A model generated the notes under the pieces. It saw only the letters and a program-made list of their open reading frames with translations. It ran no database searches and had not been told where the DNA came from. The translations under genes were made by a program, and so were the position numbers. Of a DNA stretch of 64,000 nt, positions 26,215 through 39,237 are shown one piece after another. Every line of letters starts with the position of its first letter. Positions within the stretch are counted from its first letter, which is position 1. Source of the stretch: Eledone cirrhosa (lineage: Eukaryota). Location: NCBI GenBank assembly GCA_964016885.1, contig OZ024740.1:281790001-281854000 (forward strand), in the 5' to 3' direction.

Positions 26215-26690
26215 CGCTTGTAGCACAGCATTTGTTGCTGGTGGTGTAATATGGTGTCAGCTGTCTACAATCAGTAGACTAAAGTGGTACCTTCAATTCT
26301 CAATACTTTTCTGAGTATTCTAGCAGTTCGAAGAAGTGTTTTCTGTAAGGGCCTCACCCTAATGTTGGCCCCAATTTTGTTTTAAATATCTCTCAATTCT
26401 GGCGCTTGCAGTGCTGCCAAGCGGCTCAAATGCAAATAGGATCACCTCAACCGTTTACATTTCGCACAAATGTTTTATCTCCCATGCTAGTAGTTCGTTT
26501 CTCTCAATCTTCATCAATTCTTTGTCACAAACACTATTGTCAGTGGGACAAGCTACATCTAGAATCAAACATTGTTTGTTAACTTTGCTGATCACCACAA
26601 TATCTGGTTTGTGTTGTTCAGTTTTGTTGTCAAATTGGAGAAATAGGTTCAGGTAGGTTGTATATACATCAGGCTCTGGCATGCAATGGG
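26215..26690 (-). mobile_element. 3' fragment of an RLE-type (R4/Dong/NeSL-like) non-LTR element
   Basis: KPDIVVISK..CLILDVACP..KE..K restriction-like endonuclease motif; (AAC/AAT)n tail at 26142-26215; related fragment at 35335-35610 (+). Confidence 0.75.
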
Positions 26691-26869
26691 TCGGTAGTTT
26701 TTTGCCAAGTAGGTGTCTTTGTTCTTGTTCTTGTACCAGTATTGTTTGTGCTATGTATGTATCTTTGTATGTATGTATGTATGATGTATATGTGTGTCTG
26801 TGTGTGCGTGTGCGTGCGTGCGAGCGTATGTGTGTGTATGTGTGTATGAAGTGTTTTATACAACAGTGT

Positions 26870-27720
26870 CATTCTGGTAACCTGCTAATTATGAGAGACT
26901 TGATTCGTCTACAAACAGTCTGAAACCAGGTACCTTAATCGCTGACAAAGTACCAGTAGAGTCGATTTTCGACTTTATGGATGAGCTTTTCCTGTTCCAA
27001 CTTGTTCTTACACCAATAAGATATCAGAACTAGTGTTTAGTAACCACACTAACACTATACACAATATTACAGTGGAAAATACCTTTCTCTCAGGCCACGT
27101 CATGGTTATCTGTAACCTGACATTCCCCCGGCCAAAAGTTAAACCGAATGACCGATTTCTATTTGATAATATGAATCTTCATAATGCAAACTGGGATGCA
27201 ATCACTAACGATCTATCACATGTCTATTGACCCTTCACACACATACACACACACACATACATACATCTCCACCAACATCAAAACATATTGCCAGATATTT
27301 TTAGAAACTGTTACAACCATATGTTCAAAACATACTCCATCAAAATCTGTGAACAAAACTGAGTGCAGAATCCACCAAAACAAAAATAAAATAAAACTAT
27401 TATCAGAAAAATAATAAACTCACAAAAAAATCAACAAACCAAAATACTGATTGTGGCAACATACACGTTCTACTGCTATTACACTGATCGAATCGATCAA
27501 TGTAATAGCAGATTTTGATGGAGTATGTTTTGAAGACCATCATCAATAACCAAAGAAGAGCCGAGGAGGAAATGGTGGGCCATTGAGAAAATCAAACCCA
27601 ATCCCAAAGTGTTCTTTTCATTTGTGAAAAAAACGCAAGATGGCACTCTCCAAAACAATGTTATATCCCTGAAAATAGCACAGCTATATCCCTGAAAAAC
27701 TTTCTGTTCCAGTTTGTCGT
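26870..27720 (+). mobile_element. Decayed CR1/L2/Jockey-group LINE fragment
   Basis: APE end (..LSGHVMV..), NLHNANWD and IKPNPKVFFSF-type linker motifs. Confidence 0.55.
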
Positions 27721-27728
27721 CCCAGTTT

Positions 27729-29240
27729 TCAAAGAGGGAAAGTAAGTGTGTTGTTATTTTTTGTATCTGATATGTATTTGAGTCTCTCTTTATGGCCTGC
27801 TTTAAGTAAAGCTATGTTGTAGTAGTTAGCGTGTTCGTTAAACATCTCTAGATTAGAAGATAAGCGCGAGATTCTAAGGAATATATTATGTGTTATGGGA
27901 TTAATTATGGAGCGAGGGTGATTATAATTATAATTAATGTAAGCTAGATTTTCATTATTTTTATGGAAGGGTTCTATTAGTCCAGTGTTTAGGTTAAGTG
28001 ATACATCTAAGAAGTTAACTGTTTTAGAGTTGAGTTCAAAAGTGATGCTAAGGGCTAATTTATTGAACAATGTTCTAATCTTTTTCCGTAATCTTTCTAA
28101 GTTTTGATTATTTAGGTTTTTAGCTAAAAGTAATGTATCGTCTCTATAAATTCCTCCCTGTAGGTTATCAAATTCCTTGTGTAAGATATGTGCTATATAT
28201 AATCCGACAATGTCCGTTACTTGGGCTTAATAGTTTGATCCCATAGTGATATCAAAGTTATTTTGTCTATTTTTTCTTTCCCAGTAACTATTATCGAACC
28301 TAATGATTGTTCTTCTAGCAGCTAGTATTATTTTAATTTCGTCTGGTGATAGGTCAGAGTTTTTTGGTGCAAAGGTGAGGGTTACTGGGGAATTAGAAGA
28401 GTAGTTGTCATTGATGTCCAATTGTATGAAGTCGGAAGATTCTGTATTGTCTAACTTGCTAAACCAATCTATTGCTTCGTTAGTGTTACCACAGAGCTTA
28501 ATTATTAGTTTTTCTTTAATTTGTGGTATTATTCTATTTAGTATATACTTGCTAATTTTGCCTATATATTGAACCGAATTAATTGAATACTAATATAAAG
28601 ATCACTAGAAACTATAGAAATGCAGAGATAGAAAATACTTATGGTTCAATCCAATATCTAACTCCTTTATAAAAACAAAACTACCTTATACTTTCTTTAA
28701 ATTAGTTGACAAACACTTCCCTAAACTCCATAAATATCATAAAATCTTTAATAGAAAAACTATCAAACTATCTTACTCCACTGCCAACAACATAGAATCG
28801 CACATACATAAAATTAACTAAACAGAATTTCTAATACAAGAAGCCCGCAAACAAGTACCATAACACCAAATATAAAACACAAACACATAACATCATCACA
28901 ACCAAACACACGCCAGAACACATCACCACAATACATCAACAAACCCAATTCTCAGCCCATATATAACAACATACAAAACCATATCGAGGAACCGGCACAT
29001 AGGAAGGCATCAAAATGTAACTGTCATCTACCTGATAAATGCCCATTACAAAATAGATGCCTGAAGTCAAATATAGTGTACCTATGTACCATAAATTCAG
29101 GCAACTTAGCATGGCACTACATAGGTTCCACAGCGGGGGAGTTCAAGAAAAGGTGGTATGTCCACAGACACTCTATAGATAACAGGAAGCTTATGAATAC
29201 AACAACGCTCGCCAATAAAATCTGGCAGCTCAAAGACGCA
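27729..29240. mobile_element. Penelope-like element fragment with inverted 5' part (RT on -, 27729-28567; linker and GIY-YIG on +, ~28600-29240)
   Basis: Minus: FDITMGS, IYRDD-like region, VNFLDVSLNL, YINYNYNHP; plus: WFNP, FPKLHKYHKIFNRKTIKLSYS, CPLQNRCLKSNIVYLC..YIGSTAGEFKKRWYVH. Confidence 0.85.
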
Positions 29241-29473
29241 AACTAGGAATTGAAATGTCCCACTGTGATCTTTGTAATATGGAGCTATTCCAAATTTTAA
29301 AATTCAACAAAATGCTACTTAACAGCAAAATTGAAAGAACTATTTTCTGTAGGCATAAAACGGCGACCAAATTTGAAACTTTAGACCAACTTAATTCATC
29401 CCATCCATTCCATAACTCAAATTGTACCACTTAGATCTATTATAATATCCTATTATCGTCATTATTATTATAA

Positions 29474-29660
29474 GTGGATTGGCAGAATTGGTAGAGTGTC
29501 GGATGCCATGCTTTGACGCATAGAGTTACGGCCCTTGCCATTCTGAGTTCAAATCCCGCCGAGGTTAACTTTGCCTTTCATCCTTACGGGGTCGATAAAA
29601 TAAAGTACCAGTAATACACTGGGTAATTGCTGGCCTTGTGCCTAACGTAGAAACAATTAT
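29474..29660 (+). mobile_element. tRNA-derived SINE (OK-like), reference copy
   Basis: A box TGGCAGAATTGG, B box GAGTTCAAATCC, conserved body, AAT tail; further copies near 12315(-), 14065(+), 30060(+), 33660(+), 41810(-), 45090(+), 46200(+), 55650(+), 63405(-). Confidence 0.85.
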
Positions 29661-29978
29661 TATAATTGTCATCATCTGTCAATGAACTAACATTATAACC
29701 TTTTATATTTTATATTTATATTTTATATATCTCTCTCTTTCACTTTCTATCTTTTTATTTCTCTCCCTAAATTTATTTCATCTCTTGCATTTTATCTTAT
29801 CGTATTATGTATGTATCTATCTAAAAAGAGAAAGACTAAGAATTATAGAGAGATCGCTAGAGTATTGAAAATTAAAAATTTTTTTTTTCGCTGAGAACAC
29901 TCCCTGAAACATAAGTATTACATGTGTAAAGTTTGAAACAGTCGGTTGGGTGCTTCTTGAGTTTTAGGGATTCAAACT

Positions 29979-30015
<37 letters not shown>

Positions 30016-30549
30016 ACACACACACACATATATCCTCAGTTTTATATATATAGATATCAAAATCCCGCCGAGGTTAACTTTGCCTTTCATCCTTACGGGG
30101 TCGATAAAATAAAGTACCAGTAATGTAGTGAGTATTTGCTGGCCTTGTGCCTAAAGTAGAAACAATTATTTTTCTCTTTATTTTTCTTTCTTTTTTTGTT
30201 CTTCTTTTTCTTTACCTTTATTTCTTCTTTATCCTTTTCTCTTCTCTTTCCTCTGTCTTTTTTCTATATATCTTTCTCTTTTTTCCTTTCTCCTTTTTCT
30301 TTCTTTCTTCTCTCTATCTCTCTTTCTTTTTTCTATCTCTATCTTTATTATTAATATTATTAATGATGCTGTAATTTGAATTCGTAAAAATACTGAACAT
30401 ATAACAGTTTTCTCCGATGATCTGGTTAAGCTAACAACGTATTTAAAATTGAGTGGCACTGCTTCAAGTGTTCGGCAATTTTTAGACAACTTAATCAGTG
30501 AAACAATTGTCAGACTGTAAATAAAACCCCTTTTTTGTACTGTTGACCA

Positions 30550-31925
30550 TGTTATTCTTCACTCTTTCTATATATATATAATTACTCTTTTACTCTTTCA
30601 CTCTTTTATCTGTTCCAGCCGACTGACTGGGGCCATGTTAAGGTACTGCCATTGACGCTACACTTTACATAGCCAGTTTTCCTTAGTTGGCCATTGATAT
30701 AAGATAGAGTTTGTTTCTGCTGCCCTTATATGTGCTTCACCTTGTTCTGTGGATTCATCCGTCATCTTGGTCAGCGGAATGTCGAGATAGTTCTTGAAAA
30801 CATCTACATGCACACCATATAGATCTCACAGAGGTTTTGGCAGCTTCTTAAAGAGCTGGGGCTTTTGAATTCCAGGCTATTGAATTATCTGGTCTTTATC
30901 CTTGTATACGACCTTTGGGCGCTACACAATGACGTACTGTTCTTGGATTGGTCTAGCTCTCAATGCCAAAGTATATCACTGCGTATTACTCCCGTCTTCG
31001 TTTGAGGGAGTAGGGCTATAGTTCTTTCAGGCTCTCCCAGAGCCATTCTCTTCATTAGATAATCCACTTGGTTTAGCTTCGTTGGACTTCTTCAAGTTCT
31101 ACGGTTATTTTGACACTGTGGTGCGATCACAGCTGAGAGCAGTAGTAGTTCAGTCGGCTGAGAACAAAATCCTCCGGATGTATGCATGAAACGATGCATC
31201 ATTGTTCATGTCAATACTCAGGTCTTGTTTTGATTTCGATACCTCCTGGTCCAGTGTAACTTTGTTGCAGTTGCTTTGTATTTGCGAGTTAATAGTAGAA
31301 GGCTTGACATTTTCTGGTATTTAAATTGCATATTGTCTTCAACCCATTTGTGTATGGCCCCTAAATCCTGTTGACAGAGAATAGCATCAGCTGAATTCTT
31401 GCTTGCCTGTGCTACTTTCGTGTCATCAGCATAGTTTGCGAGGGAGGCTGTCAGTGTTACATGCTTGAGAGAGTCATAACAAACAGTAGTTGTAGCAAGA
31501 CAGTTCTCTGGGGTACGCCACATTTTATTGATGGTCACCTCATTTTCCAACTATGTCAAAGCTACGTAGTGTGTGACATATCATTCCATAATCAACCTTG
31601 TCGAAAGCCTTCACAACGTCGAGATATATCACTTCCACGTCCGAACGGTTTAGCAGTTGTTTCGGTAACCACTCATTATACTTTAAAAGTTGTGTAAGGA
31701 AACATCTACACATACGAAAGCCATGCCAGGTGTCAATTAGAAAACCATTTTCCTCTAGAAAAATGGTCAGTTTCCTTCTTACGATTCATTCCATGGCTTT
31801 GCTGATGTGTAAGGTCAGGGAGACAGGTCTGTAGTTTTGAGCATTTGCTGTGCTTCTTCTTTTATGGATATGACAAATGCCTTCTTTTAGCTTTACGGGT
31901 AGTTTACCACTTGCAAGGGAGCTTT
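30550..31925 (-). mobile_element. Decayed CR1/L2-like LINE (RT and 3' end)
   Basis: NYRPVSLT.HISKAME, KAFDK and NYADDTK motifs with many frameshifts. Confidence 0.8.
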
Positions 31926-32705
31926 CGAAGATATATATATATAGAAATAGTAAACGGAAACAACAAAGCAACCAACACAGTGTAATGAAGAAATATATTA
32001 GTTTAACACTTGATATAGTTTCGGGTGCTAGTCTTTCATCTGTATTCTTCACTTTTCGGGATAGCTGACTAACAAAAATGCGCTCTTTCTACTCTTTCCC
32101 CCCTTTTCTTCTTTCTTTAAATGTTTCTTCATCCTCTCCAGGTTCATCATGGATTCATTTTTTTAACACCCTTCTGTAAATATGTGAATAATTTAAAATC
32201 CTTGTTTAGCATTTTACACCAGAATATAAAACAACTTCTAACTCATAAGTAATGAATGATTTCAATAAAATATTTGCCTCGGGGAGCTGCTTAGCAGTAC
32301 ATTTTGTAGTATCGCACCATCTAGAATTCTTTGTTGAGCAATTACTAGTGCCGGTAAAGTTTACTAGGTTACCTTACAGCTGATTTTCTGGACACCCATC
32401 AAGTATCACATGTTTCTTTATTATCAATGCAAAAATCTGATTGTTTTGTTCTTCTTTCTGAAACACGAGTTAAAACGCCAGAAAAAAAAACGATATAGAC
32501 ACTTAGTATAGCATACCCACTTCTGCAAAAACCCCAATTTGGTTTCCTTGCTGGAGCATATTGCATCAATTAAAACCAAATATAAATTATGAGTACAACG
32601 GTGTGCAAAGAGTGCATTTGAAACAATTTCCCTAATCTTTATTTGGGGACCAAATATTTCACCCGACATGGTGCTTGCTCCATCCTAATACTGACCGTAA
32701 CACAT

Positions 32706-32906
32706 ACGACAGACGGCTGAAACGTTCATAGGGTGACTATGAAGGAGTGATACTAGAGCTATGAAATCTTACACGCATTAATTTCATTTCTTCTTCTTAA
32801 TAACTGCATTGTCTCCTTCGAGGGACTATGTTGAAAAATAGACCGCATTTGGGCATTTCATGAGAGTGTCTTGCTCACCATATTCATTTTTCAGCCTACC
32901 TTCGTA
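32706..32906. mobile_element. Tc1/mariner-derived MITE
   Basis: TACGA...TCGTA ends with imperfect TIRs; second copy at ~59557-59758. Confidence 0.6.
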
Positions 32907-34470
32907 GCTGTCGGCGTCCCTAAGTTTTCATTGCTTGAAGAATAATGTTGAAAACGTCTTCATCTCTTGCTCCAGGAATATGCTGACTCATATATATCGT
33001 TCTACTGCATCAGCGCTTACTGTTGGATATCGCAAAGTTTTAAAAAATTCTAACTGGTCTCAATAGTTATTGCTAAGTCAACAATTATTGCAAAGCATTT
33101 AGCCACCCTGATAAAACTCGAGCTAAGGACTGTATCAAATAATTTTGTATGTCAGAACTGAGACTGCAGGATCGTTCAGTGTCGGAGAGAAGGTTACAAC
33201 ATCATGGTTTGTTTTGTCAGCAGTCACCAACAAATCACAAGAAATTGCGTACTCCCAAGTCTTGAATAATCGCCTCCGCTTAAAAGAAGTGAAGCAAATG
33301 CCCACACACACCCCTATTATTTGGGACCCGAGAGTAGTTTAAAATACTACGAGGTTAGTCGAATAAAGTAATGAGTCCAGAAAATTCCTCTAGAGCCATG
33401 TGTTAAAAAAATAATATAGCACAGGTAAATTAAAGCGATAAAGAATTGTTGAAAAAACGCATATTTAATATGATTTGCCTGGCTATATCACAAACTCCAT
33501 GTAACAATTTATATTTTACTTTCCGTTCTACCAGATAAAATTATTATTTACGTGATCAATAGGGAGAAAACTCTTTGTCATAAGGGGAGATAACTGTGAA
33601 AAGATCTTTGAACTTACATACGTTTAGCATATAAAAATGAAAATGATTATTGTCTTTTAGTGGATTGGCAGTATCGGTAAAGAGTCGGACGCCATGCTTT
33701 CCAGCATAGTTACGTCCCTTTACGATCTGAGTTCAAATCCCGCCGAGGTTAACTTTGCCTTTCATCCATACAGAGGTCGATAAAATAAAATACCAGTAAT
33801 GTACTGGGTAATTGATGGCCTTGTGCCAAAAGTAGAAACAATTATTGTCTTTTAGTAAACTTCATCTGCATGGTAGGCTATAATTAGCTTACTGATTTTG
33901 TCGTGGGAAACAAAGGGACCTGCCTATGTGTCTCCACACGAGTCGGGATTGAATCTTCCTGAGTAGATGTTCACTTGTTTTACGTCCGGGCAAAGAATAT
34001 AGCAAGTCTCACACAATCAATCATAGCACACATGCATATGCACGTCCACGCAGTGTGGCTTCCAGACAAAAATAGAGCATGAAAGACTCTCATGCTTCCA
34101 ATGTGGCATCATTTGTCCCGCTCTTCCAGCAAGACCACCCCTGCACTTCTGGCATCCTAGCCCGACAGATTTCAAAGAAACATAATGACACACTTGGAAA
34201 TGCTCATCGTTTGAACATTTAACGTACCTCCACCCGCTTATTAATTTTTCAGATTCCCACGCCCCGCTTAGTAAGTTTTGTTAATCTATCTCCAGCAAAA
34301 TGTTATTCTAAGTGGTAGCATTCCTGCGACAACTAATTCTGGTTTTTAAAAAAAATCAAGGGACACCAAGAAAAAAAAAACGATTTCCCACCACCACTAC
34401 CAGCCACACACTTAGAAGATGCTTACATTTTATTAATCATCAAAAGATTAAAAATTTGCAAATATATATA

Positions 34471-34639
34471 CCGTATTTCCCGGCGCCGAAGAAGCTTCGT
34501 CCTCGAGGACGAGCCCTAATTTTGACAACCAAAAATTTGAAAAAAAAATAATAAACAACCTTCGGCCTCCAGGACGCATGGTAGATTTTTGAGACTTATT
34601 TTAGGAAAAGAGTAGCGTCTTCGACGCCAAGAAATACGG
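34471..34639. mobile_element. pogo/Tigger-like MITE
   Basis: TIRs CCGTATTTCCCGGCGCCGAAGAAGC / GCGTCTTCGACGCCAAGAAATACGG; TA on the left flank. Confidence 0.7.
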
Positions 34640-34974
34640 TCATTTACAAAATAAATTGGACAACACTAACAAGAATGAGCCTAATAATTTCCAATACAAC
34701 CTGAAAGAAAAGAAAAAAATCAATCAGGGCATTGATTGACACTGCTGTGGGATGAGCCACCAATGATGACTAAAACTTCATTGTCAATGACCCAGCTTCC
34801 TCGAAGGTCTCAAATACCACGGGCTGCAAATGTAATTATTTATAAATTAGGGCTGCCCCCCCCCTCACCTCAACGACTGCATGTATAAGAGAAAAAAAAT
34901 GTCTTATGTACCACCTACCATATCTCTAATAAATTGACTATGCATCCTTTTTTCCTTCCACTTTCTTATCCCAA

Positions 34975-36022
34975 TAATTGTTTCTACTTTAGACACAAGG
35001 CCAATAACTTGAAGGGAGGGAGGAAGTCGATTAAATCTACTCCAGTGTGTTATTGGTGCTATATTTTATCGACCCCATAAGGTTGATAGACAAAGCCAAA
35101 TTTGACAGGATTTGAACTCAGAACGTAAAGTGCCGTAACTCTACACCGTAAAGCATGTTGTTCGACGCTCTTTCGATACTGCCAATGATAATAATAATTG
35201 TGTCTATTTTTGGCACAAGGCCAGCAATTATCCCAGTGCATTACTGGTACTTTATTTTATCGACCCAGTAAGGATGAAAGGCAAAGTTAACTTCGGCGGG
35301 ATTTGAACTCAGATCATAAAGGGACGTAACTCTAAGATTGAGAGACACGAACCACTAGCATGGGAGATAAAACATTTGTGGGCAATGTAAAAGGTTGATG
35401 GGATCACAATTGTAGTCAGGGCGCTCGACACTGCGAGCACCAAAATTGAAAGATTTTTTTTTTTTAATTGGGGCCAACATCCGGGTGAGGCACTTACAGA
35501 AAACAATACTCCTTGGAACTGCTAGAACACTCAGAAAAGTACTTAACAATTGAAGGTGGACAGCTTGACACCATATTACATCACCAGCAACAGATGCTGT
35601 GCTACAAGCGAATATTTATGGTTTCTTATATAGGCACAAGGCCAGCAATTTTGGGGGAGGGAAAAGTCGATTAAAACGACTCCAGTGCGTGACTGGTACT
35701 TTATTTTATCGACCCCGCAAGGATGAAAGTCAAAGTTAACCTCGGCGGGGCTTGAACTCAGAACATAAAGGGCCATAACTCTATGCTGCAAAGCATTGTG
35801 TCTGACGATACTGCCAATCCACTGTCCTAATAATAATTGTTTCTACTTTAGGCACAAGGCCAGCAATTACCCAGTGCATCACTGGTACTTTATTTTATCG
35901 ACCCCGTAAGGATGAAAGGCAAAGTTAACCTCGGCGGGATTTGAACTCAGATCATAAAGGGACGTAAATCTATGCTTCAAAGCATGGTGTCCGACTCTCT
36001 ACAGATACTGCCAATCCAGTGA
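34975..36022 (-). mobile_element. Cluster of four same-orientation OK-like SINEs around an RLE-LINE fragment
   Basis: Copies at ~34975-35190, 35195-35335, 35620-35830, 35835-36022. Confidence 0.8.
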
Positions 36023-36339
36023 TAATGATGATAGTGACGACAATGGCAACGTTTTTTGTTTGTCTTTTTAATGTTTTCAAATAATATGGAGATATGTATA
36101 CTTAGTTGAACAAACCGAATATATTACAGGTACTTATTTCACCGAGAGATGAAAGTCAATGTTAGTCATGACGAAGTTTTAACTGAGAAAGACAGGATAA
36201 TAAGATAAATCCAGATTTTCTCTCCATCCCTGCAATGTTCTCTTCTATTGTTACTCTGTCAGATGACTGTCATATATTTTGTTGGGCAATGGATCTATAA
36301 CACACAATGTATCTAAACAATCACATACTTGCAGAGTTT

Positions 36340-38012
36340 ACAGGTGATATCTAGATGAAATGCAGTGTGGGTTTGTGTCAGGTAAACGTATCACAACTAC
36401 AGAAGTACCCAGCTAAAAGTAAACCCCTATACTTAGCTTTTGTTGAGTTGGAGAAAGCCTTTGACAGAGACCCCACTCCATTATCTGGTGGGCTCTTAGA
36501 AAACTAGGTGTTGATGAATGGCTTGTGAGAGTTATACAAGCCATGTATAAAGAAACAGTCAGCAAGGTTAGAATTAACAACGAATATAGTGAAGAATTTA
36601 GCATAAAAGTTGGTGTTCATCAGGGCTCTGTTCTTAGCCCCCTCCTATTTATTATTGCCCTTCAGGCTATAACAGAGGAGTTCAAGACCAGCTGCCCATG
36701 GGAACTCCTATATGCAGATGATCTAACGCTCATAGCTGAATCAATGGCTGAACTAGAAAAGAAATTCCAAACATGGAAGCATGGCCTAGAATCAAAAGGC
36801 TTTAAAGTTAACTTGTCTAAGACTAAAGTCCTAGTTTGTAGAAAGGAAAATAGGGCACTGGTCCCCTCTGGGAAATGGCTATGCTCAGCGTGTAGCAAAG
36901 GAGTAGGCAGAAACTTCATTTTATGTCCTAAATGCAAAGTATGGGTGCATAAAAGATGTAGTGGGATCACAGGTAAGCTAAGAACATAGATTTTATATGT
37001 GGCTGGTGCTCTGGTGCAATAAGTAGCAGCAAGTGCCCACAGAATAGTAGCTCCTTCCATTACCCAGATGGTTCTATAGAAATAGTGGACACCTTCGTTA
37101 CCTGGGTGACAAAATCAGCAGTGGGGGAGGGTGCTCTGAAAGTACAGTAGCTAGAGTCAGAACGGGATGGAAAAAGTTCAGAGAGCTTATACCACTATTG
37201 GCCGCTAAAGGTTTCTCTCTAAAAATGAAAAGCAGACTGTATGATGCCTGCATACGAACAGCAATGTTACAGAGCAGTGAGTGGGCATTTGTGCAGAGGA
37301 TCTGCGCAGACTGGAGAGGAACGAAGCTTGCATGCTCCATTGGATGTGTAATAGTAATATACGTGAACGGCAAAGCATAAATGAAGTAAGTGAGAAATTA
37401 GGAATAAGAGGGATCAGATGCTGTTTACTCGAGAGAAGACTATGTTGGTATGGCCACGTGATGCGCATGAAAGACGACAGCTGTATAAAAAAGTGCAGGG
37501 CAATCAAAATTGATGGAAGCTACAAAGTAGGCAGACCCAGAAAAACCTGGGACAATTTGATAAATTCCGACCTTACACACTTACACCTCTCCAAGACAAT
37601 GTCACTGGACCGAGATCTTTGGCGTTACGCAATAACACAGAAGACCCGCCTTGCCTATGTACAAAGCAAAACTTACAGTCAGTAGGCACCTCTTAACCAA
37701 AAATAGACCCCCATCCCCCCTTCTCTGTAAAGTTATATTGGTACCACAACATCCAGTCCTAAATAAATGAGGTCGTGTGTCACGACAAAAAAAAACAGTC
37801 CACGCTGTAATGTGGCCATGTAGGTAACACGGTAAAAACCTCCCAGTCCCACACTGTAAACACGTGGTTGGTGTTAGGAAGGGCATCCAGTCGTAGAAAA
37901 CCTGCCAGACAGTCCTATACGAGCAAGACAACCAATCTTGCCTCAAGTGGGACAATTTCCATCTAAACCCATGCCAGCGTGGAAGATAGACGTTAAACAA
38001 TGATGATGATAA
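36340..38012 (+). mobile_element. RTE-clade LINE 3' part with a Cys/His-rich (PHD-like) segment after the RT core
   Basis: LEKAFDR, GVHQGSVLSPLLF, LYADD, CSACSKGVGRNFILCPKCKVWVHKRCSG, GRPRKTW; (GAT)n tail. Confidence 0.88.
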
Positions 38013-39237
38013 TTATTATTTAGCCCCAAGTCAATACTTAGGTCATGAACATTCTGGCTTTTTAAGGAAACCTATGACTATATTATTCAATGTGTCCTTT
38101 CTATATTTTAAGATTATAGAGTATCATTTGAGGGAGATTTGGCAGCTGTTTCTAATAAAAAAGCTTCTTAGGTGATACAACTGTTGTTGGAAGTACGTCT
38201 GGTCAGTTAATTGTACTTGGGGGTAGATTTACAAATGGCAGACCTCTTACTAATACATGTTGTCCTTGTTACCTAATTCCTTAATCTTTATTATTCTTTT
38301 TATTTTTCTCTCATTATCCCTAATCTGTATACTGCCTTCTCTTCACAACATTTTTCAAATTTGCAGATGGTCCTCCTTTCTTTTCATTGTTTCCCACATC
38401 CACTCTCCTAACACTTTTCTTCAATTATATTTTCTCTTCACTCTCACTACTCCCTATTTATTTATTCTGAAACAAAAGACATCTCTTCATCCTCACTGCC
38501 ATATTCCAGTTTGTGCTCTTTAATGTCAACTGTTACAAACAAAATTTGTTTAGTCTTAGCTAAGAGCTAGTGTTTCAGCTTAACTGCATCTGTTAAAATT
38601 TGAATCTATTGTAAACAAATGTCTTAGATAAAAATGAATTCATCTTTGTTAACATTTCCATTCTCATAATTACATTTTCTATAAAACATTAAAAAAGTCC
38701 TGATTTTCATTTTAAGATAATTTTTTTTATAAAAAAAAAAAAAGAATCTGTTGACATGAAGTTTCCATTTCTATGATTATGATTTTCTACCTAACCAGAA
38801 ACAGTTCTATATGAATAAGACAGTAACCTGACCCAACTTGCCTCTAATGGGACAACCAAACTAACCCATGCTAGCATGGAAAATGGATGTTAAATGACGA
38901 TGATGATGATGATGATTTCTATGAATATTTTTGAGAATATGCATTTTGATGTATTTGATGTTGACTTATGTGTTTTTGATTGATTGAAAATATTAGCTGA
39001 CATCAAATAGATTTAAAATACATATTCTTTCGACAAATTTGTTTTTCAATGAATATATCATGTGATAAATTTAACTTCCAGCAATTGTCTTTTGGTGAAT
39101 ATATCATATTCCACTTGAACATTATTATCCAATGATAGGAAAGATTTCTAGATTAGACATCTGAAAGACAATATTTAGGCAAAATGTGAATAAAAACAAT
39201 ACAAAAAAAAAAGAAAAGAAATTGAAATATAAAAATT

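Noticed and set aside
29474-29560. tRNA gene
   Set aside because: A and B boxes are present but continue into a multicopy SINE body; no proper cloverleaf.
30147-30489. Hydrophobic F/L/S-rich ORF
   Set aside because: Pyrimidine-rich low-complexity tract.
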